From assembly GCA_964525635.1 (NCBI GenBank), contig CAZGJX010000043.1:1-32515 (forward strand): DNA of 32,515 bases. Direction: 5' to 3'. The notes under the pieces were generated by a model that was not told where the DNA came from, did no database searches, and was given only the letters and a program-made list of their open reading frames with translations. Below, piece by piece: positions 1-9,388 of the stretch. This DNA comes from an uncultured archaeon (GTDB taxonomy: Archaea; Asgardarchaeota; Lokiarchaeia; Sigyniarchaeales; SOKP01). The translations under genes were made by a program, and so were the position numbers. Numbering within the stretch: the stretch's first letter is position 1; the number at the start of each line of letters is the position of its first letter.

Positions 1-189
1 TACAACGTAATATAGCTAAATTAGATTTAGAGATCTACTTCCTTTGATACTGAGTATAATGTTTTTTTTTTTCATAATAATATATTTTTTAAAGATTTTT
101 AATAGAGTGGGCATTATTGCTTAATGTGTAAATAATTTTAAAAAATATGATATGAAAAGTAATTAAATAAATAAGCGAGCTTCAAACTT

Positions 190-1899
190 ATGAAAGGGCG
201 ATTACTGAAAAAAAAAAATATAGATCTTTTTGCATTTATTCTTGTGATCGTATTAAATGGGATAATTGTACTAAGTGGAATTACAAATCGTTCTCTTTTT
301 ATGGATGAATTATTTTCATTGGGATTAGCAGACTCGAGTTTGGATGAATTAATGAATGTTACAATGAATGATTGTCATCCTCCATTTTATTATATTCTAT
401 TAAATGGATGGGTTAAAATATTTGGAACTTCTGAATTTTCTGTAAGATTTCCTTCATATATGTTTGGAGTAGGGTGTTTAATTTTAATATTCTACTGGAT
501 TCGAAAAAATATTAATAAAAAAACAGCGGTTCTTTCATCATTATTAATAGCGATTACTCCTCTTGTAATAAGATATCAACAAGAAGCTCGCATGTATACT
601 TTATTACCTTTCTTATTTATATCACTATTTTTATTATTAGAATATTGGATTAATAATAATTTTCCAAATAAACATAGCATATACATAATCATTATCGCTA
701 CGTTGTTATTATATACTCATAACTATGGTTTAATAGGGATTGTTTTAATTTTTTTTATTTTTATGATTCGGATTATAATATTTAGAAGAAATATTTCGAA
801 TAAAGCATTTCTTATTCATTTTATACCCATTGGATTAGTACTCATAATAATCTATCTACCTTGGCTTCCAATTGTTTATAATCAATCTCAGAAATTCAAT
901 TTCTGGTATCAAAAAGTAGGAGAAATTACTTTTAATGATTTTTGGTATCATTCACTATCCTCTATTCCTGTGTATATCAGTAGTTTTCAGAAATTTTTAT
1001 TTTTATTCTTTAGTTTAATGCTTTTTTTAGGATTAATTATAATGTTTTCTGATTTTCTAATAAGAAAACTCTCAATTATAAAAAAAAAGAAAAATAATAT
1101 AGATAGAGAAAATAATACTACATCTGTTAAATCTAAATTTGAAAGGGAGAATATCGTTATATCTTTAGTAATTGGATTTATTTATTTTGGAGTTCCTTTC
1201 TTCATTAGTGCAACAGAATTTCTTCTTGGTTATAGTATTTATGCACCCAAATTTATGTTATTTTCAGTTATTTTATTTAAAATTGTAATTTCTTATTGCT
1301 TAGTTACAGTTATTCCTCAATTTATAAATCGTGTCTATAATTTTCTTAGATATGAATTTAAAAAGAATAGATTATTTCAATCTTCTCTTAAACCTCAGTT
1401 GATTACAGAAGCTTTTATTTTTATATTTATAATTGGAATAATTCCCTACTCTACAATATCTTATTTAAAATATTCTAATCCTTTAACGGATAAATATTTT
1501 CATACATTACATCCTGATTGGCCTTATTCAGATAGATTTTATTGGTCAAATCCAGATTATCGTGGTGCTGCATCCTTTATTGAACAGAATTCTGCTTATG
1601 TTATACCTGTTATTACTGACTGGACAGTTGTTGGTGGTTTTCAATATTATTTAGATGATCCTTGGCAATCACATCTGCATTGGATTCCAACTTCTCCATT
1701 GAATGAAACCCAGATCATCAATGATATATATGACATCGTGAACTATCATTTTGCCTCAAGTTTTTGGTTTTCAGTTTTTTGGGCTCCAGATGGAGATAAC
1801 TATGTTTATAATTATTTTAATGGCCTAGGATTAGCAGATACTACTATTGGAATACGATGGTTTGAAGGGGGATTAAGATTAATTAGAGTAAATCTATAA
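190..1899 (+). CDS. GT-C fold integral membrane glycosyltransferase (PMT_2/ArnT/GT39-like)
   Basis: First-loop 'MDE' acidic motif, 'DCHPPFYY', 'SEFSVRFPS', 'QEARMYTLL', 'LLLYTHNYG'; many hydrophobic TM segments and a soluble C-terminal domain. Confidence 0.85.
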   Translation: MKGRLLKKKNIDLFAFILVIVLNGIIVLSGITNRSLFMDELFSLGLADSSLDELMNVTMNDCHPPFYYILLNGWVKIFGTSEFSVRFPSYMFGVGCLILIFYWIRKNINKKTAVLSSLLIAITPLVIRYQQEARMYTLLPFLFISLFLLLEYWINNNFPNKHSIYIIIIATLLLYTHNYGLIGIVLIFFIFMIRIIIFRRNISNKAFLIHFIPIGLVLIIIYLPWLPIVYNQSQKFNFWYQKVGEITFNDFWYHSLSSIPVYISSFQKFLFLFFSLMLFLGLIIMFSDFLIRKLSIIKKKKNNIDRENNTTSVKSKFERENIVISLVIGFIYFGVPFFISATEFLLGYSIYAPKFMLFSVILFKIVISYCLVTVIPQFINRVYNFLRYEFKKNRLFQSSLKPQLITEAFIFIFIIGIIPYSTISYLKYSNPLTDKYFHTLHPDWPYSDRFYWSNPDYRGAASFIEQNSAYVIPVITDWTVVGGFQYYLDDPWQSHLHWIPTSPLNETQIINDIYDIVNYHFASSFWFSVFWAPDGDNYVYNYFNGLGLADTTIGIRWFEGGLRLIRVNL

Positions 1900-2149
1900 T
1901 ATCTTAATCTCTGGCTCTAAATAAAAAAAAATCTAGTTAAATTTAAATGATGACTTTTTCTGAATTATTTTAAAAAGTTGTATTTAAGTATTAAATCCAG
2001 AATAAATTGAAATAATAATAGAAATGTATGAAAAGTATTATCTTTGTTATAATTTATTCAAAAAAAATTTATATATTATATAGTTAAGATATAATCTACT
2101 ATATTTAAAATCTATATTCAATGAAAAAAACAGAATAGAAGAGATTTTA

Positions 2150-2524
2150 ATGTCAAAAGAAAATGAAATGTTAGATGAATTAAAAAAAATCCGTGAGCTT
2201 CTTACCCCTGAACCAGAAAAAGCTCCAGAAAAGCCTAAAAATCTCGCAGCTGAATTTTTACAGTTCATTAAAAAGCATAAGATACTTGGACTTGCATCGG
2301 CATTCATCATCGCTCTCGCTGTTAATGCTCTTATTTCATCCTTGGCTGCGGATATAATAACACCAATAATAGGTATTTTTGTACCCGGATTCGAGGATAT
2401 TAAGGATATTAAAGTTGGAGTATTTGGTATAGGAAATTTTATTGCAAGTCTTATAAACTTTATAATTATAGCATTTATTGTATTTCTATTAGTGAAATAT
2501 GCTACTAAAATAGGGATCGAATAA
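2150..2524 (+). CDS. mscL: Large-conductance mechanosensitive channel MscL family
   Basis: 'AEFLQFIKKHKILGLASAFIIALAVNALISSLAADIITPIIG' (S1 helix + TM1) and 'IGNFIASLINFIIIAFIVFLLVK' (TM2). Confidence 0.9.
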   Translation: MSKENEMLDELKKIRELLTPEPEKAPEKPKNLAAEFLQFIKKHKILGLASAFIIALAVNALISSLAADIITPIIGIFVPGFEDIKDIKVGVFGIGNFIASLINFIIIAFIVFLLVKYATKIGIE

Positions 2525-2598
2525 ATTGCTATTTTTTTTTTACTTTTAAAATTAATTCCAACTAAAAGAGTAATGTGAATAGAAAAAAAAATTATATT

Positions 2599-3042
2599 TT
2601 ATGGTAAAAAAGCTCTGATCTCCCTAACTAAATCTCCGATAAGTATACTGGTTTCTTTTAGAAAATACCCTCTATTTTTATAATCATTAATGAGTGGCTG
2701 CAATTTATCTTCAGAAATTCTGGATAATAATAAAACAGCACCTAAACATTTACCTTTTATATCTTTTATTAGGTTTGGAACAAACAATCCATCTTTTTTT
2801 TTAATCCATTCTCGTTTATATCCTTCTAAGAGTGCAGGTGACCAAGGAACAGGATTCTTTAATAAATCCATTAAAAGATCTGACTTCATATATTTATCCC
2901 AAATAAATATTAAATCCTTTTCATCAATTTCATTTGGACTAATTATATGTTTTGTTACGTGAACTATAGATGTTGCATATGGTTGATAAAAACCAAACCA
3001 ACACATTGTAAATAAATTTTTTTCATTTTCAATTGCTGTCAT
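2599..3042 (-). CDS. Hypothetical protein (147 aa)
   Basis: ATG-started ORF with normal composition, flanked by AT-rich intergenic DNA; no family recognised. Confidence 0.65.
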   Translation of the reverse strand: MTAIENEKNLFTMCWFGFYQPYATSIVHVTKHIISPNEIDEKDLIFIWDKYMKSDLLMDLLKNPVPWSPALLEGYKREWIKKKDGLFVPNLIKDIKGKCLGAVLLLSRISEDKLQPLINDYKNRGYFLKETSILIGDLVREIRAFLP

Positions 3043-3399
3043 AATACAAGCTCTCCGATATTTATTTTATTATATTCTTAAACATTGTATGATTAATACC
3101 CTTTTTATATTTATCATTATAATTAAAACCATCAATTATTATTTGTTAACTAAAATTCTCTTTCTACTAATAGAGATTTAATATTATTAATATAGAAAAA
3201 GTTAATCTATATATATAAAAAACCTTAAATCATTTCTTAATTAATGAAAATCATGATTTATAGAGAATTTCCATTTTATCATAGGAAAAAAAAAATTTAT
3301 ATACTAGCAAAACTAAATTTGTAACACCAGTATATTAAACTTTTTAAAAATAAAATCTTATTTAATCTTTCATAGAAAGTTTCAATTGGAGCATTAAAA

Positions 3400-4815
3400 A
3401 TGACTACTAATTTATTTCATAAACATAAGATCACTCCGCCAATAACAAATAATATACTTTTCGTTATACCAAGTTGGAGTGAAGTTTTAGGATATCCTAC
3501 ATTAGGCAAATATGCTAATCATGATATTACAAAAATTTTAACTGATATCATTATTTTTTTTGGAGGCACTGAACTTAGTATAATTACTGATAAAGGAACT
3601 TTATATTGTATTTTTGGATTGGGGTATTATTATACAAAATTCGAATTAAAATCTGGAAGATATATCATAGATAGTAGACAATTAAACGGATTATTACTTT
3701 CTGATTTTGTTTATGATTATATTGCTACATCACCAAATATTACTTTAGAAAATGATCAAGATGTAGTCTATACAGATAAAGTAGTAAAAGTCCCTATAGA
3801 TTTATCTTTTAAATCAAATACTGCATTAACTTTCATTAAAGGAGCCTTGATGAGAAACCTATTCATTCCTTATAAGGATAGTTTTCTTGAAATGATGAAT
3901 ACAATAAAAAAAAATGATAGTTATAATATCAATGAAGATGGTTATATGCTTCTTAGTACACATTGGGATTGCTATAACAAGATATTGATATCATCAAAAA
4001 TGAATTATGCAAAATATATAAATCCCACAGCAGGAATAAATGAAATAACTACTGGTGCTGATGACTTTATAAAAGCATCATTTTCAAATTCTAAAATTAT
4101 GGATATTGAAAAAAATATTTCGCAATTGAAAGATGTCTATTCAATTATTGAATATGATCCTATGTATTTATTTTCAATAATAGAAAACGCATCTAAATAT
4201 CTAAGAAATCCGGAAATAAGACTAAAAGAGCAAAAACAACTAAATAGACAAAAAACCCAAAAACAATCAATATTAATTTCAGCTGAAAAAAAAATAAATA
4301 CACTCACTCAATGGCCATCTACTTTTAGAAGGAAAACAAAAGAAGAATTAGAATTCTCAATACCAGTTATTAATCATCACCTTAATGAAGGAAATAATGT
4401 ATCCACAAATAATTTAAATAGTTATCAATCAGATTTATATAATAATGAGGGATATAATACACCTAAGAATGAGGATTTTGTTTTAAAAACTATGAGAAGT
4501 AATTTTGTTAAAAGTAAACCACTCCCACAAATTCCAACGACGAGTATTAAAGATATTTTATTATATCTAAAGTCTATTATCAAAGAGGATTATGATATGC
4601 CTTCTATTGGTATAGCTCTTGAACTTGCTCGAGATAATTTAAGGAAACATGCTTTACACTTGAATTATATGTGGGAAATGAGCAAACTCGCAAATTTTTA
4701 TAAACGACAAAATCCCAATCTAAGTTTAAGTAAAAAAGATAAATTCCTGCTAATAGAAAAAGTTGATGATTGGATTAATAATGCTCATAAAAATATGATT
4801 AGATTAAATCCATAA
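3400..4815 (+). CDS. Hypothetical protein (471 aa): globular N-terminal region, Asn-rich linker, helical C-terminal domain
   Basis: Long ORF with GGAG upstream of the ATG; no family recognised. Confidence 0.8.
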   Translation: MTTNLFHKHKITPPITNNILFVIPSWSEVLGYPTLGKYANHDITKILTDIIIFFGGTELSIITDKGTLYCIFGLGYYYTKFELKSGRYIIDSRQLNGLLLSDFVYDYIATSPNITLENDQDVVYTDKVVKVPIDLSFKSNTALTFIKGALMRNLFIPYKDSFLEMMNTIKKNDSYNINEDGYMLLSTHWDCYNKILISSKMNYAKYINPTAGINEITTGADDFIKASFSNSKIMDIEKNISQLKDVYSIIEYDPMYLFSIIENASKYLRNPEIRLKEQKQLNRQKTQKQSILISAEKKINTLTQWPSTFRRKTKEELEFSIPVINHHLNEGNNVSTNNLNSYQSDLYNNEGYNTPKNEDFVLKTMRSNFVKSKPLPQIPTTSIKDILLYLKSIIKEDYDMPSIGIALELARDNLRKHALHLNYMWEMSKLANFYKRQNPNLSLSKKDKFLLIEKVDDWINNAHKNMIRLNP

Positions 4816-4858
4816 AAATTTTTTAAAAATTAATTTATCAATAACAATAAAAAAAACA

Positions 4859-4867
4859 AAGGAGGTG
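4859..4867 (+). promoter_or_regulatory. Shine-Dalgarno-like AAGGAGGTG at the 5' end of the profilin-like open frame
   Basis: Consensus SD in otherwise AT-rich DNA, located just after the last in-frame stop (4848-4850) of the 5079-5588 frame. Confidence 0.5.
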
Positions 4868-4868
4868 T

Positions 4869-5588
4869 GTTAAAGTTAATTTTAAAAATGGAATAAAATT
4901 TCTACAAAAAAATTATCCAGACGCAACTCAAATAGCAGTTGTCAATAGATCTGGAAAAAACTTATTTTCTACAGGTAATTGGAATATTAATGGAGAAATA
5001 AGAGCACTTCTATCCAATTGGGCGAGTGGAACTGCACAATATGTCACTCTGGGGGGTATAAGATACTCTATTCTTCAAATGGCGCCCGAGCGTTTTGTAG
5101 GTACCAATAGAAAGAAGAAAGGACATTTGATTGGGGCCTCTACTCCAAGTGGAGATACATACATGATTGCTCATGTTAATCCAAGAGCAAAAGGATGGTT
5201 CCATGAAGCATATCCTGCAGTTGCACGAGCGGCTGCCATGATGGAAACAGGAATACAAGTTGGTGTAAAAGTTTCCAAGAATGATAAAATATCTAAACCA
5301 TCTAAACCATCTAAGCCAAAGAAGAAGAAAAAGGGAAAGGATAAACCAATTCAAGAGGAGCCCCGGAAGACTTTTGTTCAATCGACGAGTACTTCTTCAA
5401 CAGTATTGCTACAGCAACAAACTCAAGGAGATCCCTATGTAAAAGTAGAAGCAGAAAACTTTTTACAATGGTTAAGGGACCCTCAAGGTCTTGCGAATTA
5501 CATTAATTACTATCTGACTTATAATGACTTCTCTATGATCTCGCAACTTGCTAATATTTATAAAAGGCTCTATAAGATGTTTTACTAA
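4869..5588 (+). CDS. Asgard profilin-like protein with polybasic linker and C-terminal helical domain (start codon uncertain; ORF track truncates it at 5079)
   Basis: Frame is open from 4851: VKVNFKNGIKFLQKNYPDATQIAVVNRSGKNLFSTGNWNINGEIRALLSNWASGTAQYVTLGGIRYSILQMAPERFVGTNRKKKGHLIGASTPSGDTYMIAHVNP; matches the Asgard profilin pattern (hhh-x2-G..TxNW; hTLxGI[RK]Y; ERhhGTN..KGHhh). Confidence 0.75.
   Translation, partial: VKVNFKNGIKFLQKNYPDATQIAVVNRSGKNLFSTGNWNINGEIRALLSNWASGTAQYVTLGGIRYSILQMAPERFVGTNRKKKGHLIGASTPSGDTYMIAHVNPRAKGWFHEAYPAVARAAAMMETGIQVGVKVSKNDKISKPSKPSKPKKKKKGKDKPIQEEPRKTFVQSTSTSSTVLLQQQTQGDPYVKVEAENFLQWLRDPQGLANYINYYLTYNDFSMISQLANIYKRLYKMFY
5292..5318 (+). repeat. 9-bp tandem repeat x3 (tctaaacca tctaaacca tctaagcca) encoding SKP-SKP-SKP
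   Basis: Read directly from the sequence. Confidence 0.8.
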
Positions 5589-5944
5589 AAACTTCTGTTA
5601 GAAATTAATTTAGTTGGAAAAAAACCTAGGTACCATTAGTTCAATTTAGATTAAAAAACAATTCTTTTATTATTTTATCTATAAGTGAAGTCTAATTAGT
5701 ATATTGAAAATAATATTTTTATTTATCATGATAGAAAGCTATTAAACTTCTACCTTATATTAATCACAGCATAATCATTCTTATATTCATTAAAAAATAG
5801 TATCATTTAAAATAATTTTAAAATTAGTAAGAATAAAACATTGTGAAATCAGAAAACCACCTTACTAATTAGTTTCATTTATTAATATTATATATTACTA
5901 TTTAGCAAGAATATCATTTATTTAAAAAAAGAGGAAAATATATT

Positions 5945-7129
5945 TTGAGTGATCATGGTTCAATACTTCCAGAATTACTAAAACATTATCCTTGGTTGCC
6001 CTCTCTCAAAGATATTTATAGAGATATTGCATTAAAAGAACCGGTTGAATTTGTGGAGAAAATCTTTAAAAATCAAGAATATAATCATATAATAGATAGG
6101 ACTGCAGAATTCTTTAGGACAGCATTTGAAAATATAGAAGATTTTCCCACTTATAATAAAGATCAATATAATATATCTTTTTATTTATTACTGAGGATAA
6201 TGCTATATCTGTTAGGTAATAATAGAATTATAAATAGATTAGCAAATCTATTTTCTAAAATAACTTACAATGATATGAAAAATGAAATTATGAATGGTAA
6301 ATTGTTTAATCTTTACCACATATGTATAGATTTAGATATAGATATAGATTATTTGAATAAGGAAGAAGTTTATCATACAAATTTAATCAAAGATCAAAAA
6401 GAAGAAATTAAAACCAATTTTAAGATATATTTTACAGATTATTTAAAGATAGCATCCAATTTAAAAGATGATTATCGAAAATTAGTAAATAATGCTCTTT
6501 CGGGGGGATATGTGTATATCAAACCAAAAGATTTAGCAAGATTAATCCAAGAATATGTAAGAGGTAAGTTTCTTGAAATAAACTCATTTGATAAAAGTAA
6601 TTTAGAAAATATGAGAGAAACCCTATTCAGCGTCAAATCATTTAAAACCATATATGATGATATTTTAAACTTATGGGAATTGAAAAAAGAGGATTTTGAA
6701 TTTTCAGTTCAAATTAAATATGAAAAAGGTAAAAATATAACAAGTAATTTTCCTCCTTGTATAAAAGATATACTCTTAAATATTAAAGAGGGTCAAAATA
6801 TCTCTCATATAGGTAGATTATTTTTTACTTTTTTTTTAATTGCTTTAGATTATCCGATAGAGATGATTATTGAACTTTTTTCAACTTTACCTGATTTTGA
6901 TTTAGAGAAAACAAATTACCAAGTAAAATTTGCAAAAAGAAAAGGATATGTCCCACATTCTTGTGCAACATTAAAATCTTTAAATTTATGTCTGGCATCT
7001 AAGTATAAGGATGAACTCTGCTTAAAAGGTTATTATTCAAAAAAAAAGGATTCAGAACAAAAAATAAAACATCCCCTTTTTTATATTCAGTATAAACAAT
7101 ATAAAACATCAAAAACTCAAAATGAATGA
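5945..7129 (+). CDS. priL: DNA primase large subunit
   Basis: 'YPWL', 'LVNNALSGGYVYI', Fe-S domain 'FPPCI...HIGR...PDFD...TNYQV...YVPHSCATLKSLNLC...KHPLFY'; TTG start; overlaps priS. Confidence 0.95.
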   Translation: MSDHGSILPELLKHYPWLPSLKDIYRDIALKEPVEFVEKIFKNQEYNHIIDRTAEFFRTAFENIEDFPTYNKDQYNISFYLLLRIMLYLLGNNRIINRLANLFSKITYNDMKNEIMNGKLFNLYHICIDLDIDIDYLNKEEVYHTNLIKDQKEEIKTNFKIYFTDYLKIASNLKDDYRKLVNNALSGGYVYIKPKDLARLIQEYVRGKFLEINSFDKSNLENMRETLFSVKSFKTIYDDILNLWELKKEDFEFSVQIKYEKGKNITSNFPPCIKDILLNIKEGQNISHIGRLFFTFFLIALDYPIEMIIELFSTLPDFDLEKTNYQVKFAKRKGYVPHSCATLKSLNLCLASKYKDELCLKGYYSKKKDSEQKIKHPLFYIQYKQYKTSKTQNE

Positions 7130-8396
7130 TTTTAATTATTTAGAACGCGTTTTTCAAGCATATTATCGAGAAAGAAGTATTGAAATTCCATCAGTTAGTT
7201 CATTTGATAAAAGAGAATTTGGATTTATTCCATGGAATAAAGAGATCATGATTCGCCATATAGCATTTAATGACTCAACTACTTTAAACAATTATTTAAT
7301 AAATAATACACCAAGACATACATATTCTAGTGGAGCTATATACTTAAAACCTGCAAACTTGGATATGAAACTAAAAGAATATCAAGGATGTGATTTAATC
7401 ATTGATATTGATGTAGATCATTTTTATACTCCATGTAAAAATAAACATGATTTATGGTATTGTAAAGAATGTGATAAATCTGGAAAAGGAATGATTGATA
7501 AGTGCCCTAAGTGTAAAAGCCTAAAAATTAAAAAAATTCCTTGGATTTGCGATGATTGTTTAGAAATAGCTAAAAATGAAATAATTAGATTAATTGATAA
7601 TTTTCTTATTCCTGATTTTAATATACATCCAAAGAATGTTAATATTGCATTTTCAGGGCATAGAGGATATCACCTAAAAATAGAAAATGAAAAAATTAGA
7701 AAATTAACAAGTGAACACAGAAGGGAGCTTGTCGATTATTTTACAGGAAATAATATATCTTTTCAAATTCTTGGATTTGAAGAATATAGGAATAATTTCT
7801 ATGGATTTTTAAATAATAATAAAGATTGGTCAAATAAAATTATTAAAAAGATAGAAAGCATTTTAATTAATCTTACTAATGAAGAAATTCTGAAATTATT
7901 TGAGAGATATGGATTAAACGAGAATATTATTAAAAGTTTTTATAATTCAAGAGATTATTTTTTAGAAATTATTAGAAATAATAATCAGAATTTGTGGAAT
8001 ATAGAAGGTTTTGGGATGAAAAAATGGAAAACGTTCTTAAAAGCAATAGTTCATGAAATAGGAATCGAAATAGATGAACCAGTTACCATTGATATTCATA
8101 GATTAATTCGATATCCCGGCTCATTACATGGAAAAACCGGATTTAAAGTTCAAGAAATATCTATTGATGAATTATATGATTTCAAACCTTTAGACGAATC
8201 AAATGAACAATTAAATCCTATCGTTTTTGAAAGTACTGAAAACAATCAAAAAGTTGAAATAACAGCTTTAGAAATACCAGAAATTAGAATAAAAGGATCT
8301 TCTTATGGCCCCTATTTTAAAGGTGAGGAAGTTGAAGTTCCAAATCATATTGCTATATTATTCTTATGTAGGGGAGTTGTAAGACTAAAAAATTAA
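7122..8396 (+). CDS. priS: DNA primase small (catalytic) subunit with Zn-ribbon insertion
   Basis: 'REFGF', 'DLIIDIDVDH' (DxD), 'FSGHRGYH', 'IDEPVTIDIHRLIRYPGSLHGKTG'; CxxC-rich insert. Confidence 0.97.
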   Translation: MNDFNYLERVFQAYYRERSIEIPSVSSFDKREFGFIPWNKEIMIRHIAFNDSTTLNNYLINNTPRHTYSSGAIYLKPANLDMKLKEYQGCDLIIDIDVDHFYTPCKNKHDLWYCKECDKSGKGMIDKCPKCKSLKIKKIPWICDDCLEIAKNEIIRLIDNFLIPDFNIHPKNVNIAFSGHRGYHLKIENEKIRKLTSEHRRELVDYFTGNNISFQILGFEEYRNNFYGFLNNNKDWSNKIIKKIESILINLTNEEILKLFERYGLNENIIKSFYNSRDYFLEIIRNNNQNLWNIEGFGMKKWKTFLKAIVHEIGIEIDEPVTIDIHRLIRYPGSLHGKTGFKVQEISIDELYDFKPLDESNEQLNPIVFESTENNQKVEITALEIPEIRIKGSSYGPYFKGEEVEVPNHIAILFLCRGVVRLKN

Positions 8397-8496
8397 ATTA
8401 AATTAAGAAATTTTCTATAGTTTATACTTAATGTAAAGAAATATAAACATTTGAAAATTCTTTTAACCATATTACTTTACATATTTTTTAATATCC

Positions 8497-9168
8497 ATGG
8501 ATTTAAAGAAAGAATATAAAACATTATATCAACATTGGATTAATGAGTTTGAATCATCAGATTTAACTAATTTGAGTGATAAAACCTATAGTAATTATAA
8601 AGAACTTATTGAATTTCTTGATACTTATGAAATAAAAAAGGATGAGAAGCTAAAAAATGATATTTTAAAGGAATATGATAATAATTTCAATTTTTTATTT
8701 GATGATCTTTTAAAAATCCGAATAAATAAAATTACCAATAAAGCCTTATCACTTGAAGAAATAGATATAAATAAACTATTTGAAGCAGAAAAATTATTAT
8801 ATCAAAATCTAATTGCTTCTATTAAAGGGTATCAGAAAATTAAAACACTTTCAACTTATGAGAATAATAAACTTATAAAATCTGAAGAATTAGAAATATC
8901 TTCAGATAAAACTAAGATAGTTGAAAGAGAAAATGGGTTTATAAATAATAAAAATGACGAAAAGGTCAAGGATGGTTCTGATACTAATGAAGTATTAGAA
9001 AAGGTTAATTATAAATTAATAAGAATCCTAGAACCCACACCTGCATTGGTAGGAATTGATCTTATCAATTATGGACCCTTCCAGAAAGAAGATATAGTAA
9101 ATTTACCTTATGAAAATGCGAAAATCCTTGCAAATGAAAAAAATGCTGTATTTATTGATATATCCTAA
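8497..9168 (+). CDS. DNA replication complex GINS subunit (Gins15/Gins51)
   Basis: Helical A-domain ('LLKIRINKI') and C-terminal B-domain 'PALVGIDLINYGPFQKEDIVNLPYENAKIL'; position after priS is typical. Confidence 0.9.
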   Translation: MDLKKEYKTLYQHWINEFESSDLTNLSDKTYSNYKELIEFLDTYEIKKDEKLKNDILKEYDNNFNFLFDDLLKIRINKITNKALSLEEIDINKLFEAEKLLYQNLIASIKGYQKIKTLSTYENNKLIKSEELEISSDKTKIVERENGFINNKNDEKVKDGSDTNEVLEKVNYKLIRILEPTPALVGIDLINYGPFQKEDIVNLPYENAKILANEKNAVFIDIS

Positions 9169-9356
9169 ATTTGATTGAATTTTTTTTTAAATTCTTCTTT
9201 AAAATAATCTAATCGATATTTCTGATATTTATCTATAGGAGAATATTTTGGTGGTCTTGGATTTATTAATTTTCCACTACAATAGCGACATTTTGATTCT
9301 GGATTTTCTAATCCATACTTACCACAATCCACGCATTTTTTAAGATATTTTGTCAT
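9165..9356 (-). CDS. nop10: H/ACA RNP protein Nop10
   Basis: CxxC..CxxC Zn ribbon then 'PRPPKYSPIDKYQKYR'; directly downstream of aIF2-alpha. Confidence 0.93.
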   Translation of the reverse strand: MTKYLKKCVDCGKYGLENPESKCRYCSGKLINPRPPKYSPIDKYQKYRLDYFKEEFKKKFNQI

Positions 9357-9388
9357 GATTAGACTTATAATTATTTTAGAAGAAAAAA

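Noticed and set aside
208-218. A11 tract at the start of the glycosyltransferase as a phase-variation site
   Set aside because: A/T runs of 9-13 nt occur throughout this AT-rich window and the gene is in frame; no specific evidence
2047-2962. ORFs 2047-2310(-) and 2690-2962(+)
   Set aside because: Antisense shadows of mscL and of the 147-aa gene, with atypical composition
5010-5381. 123-aa minus-strand ORF
   Set aside because: Antisense to the profilin-like gene; its hydrophobic and RWF repeats simply mirror Lys-rich codons
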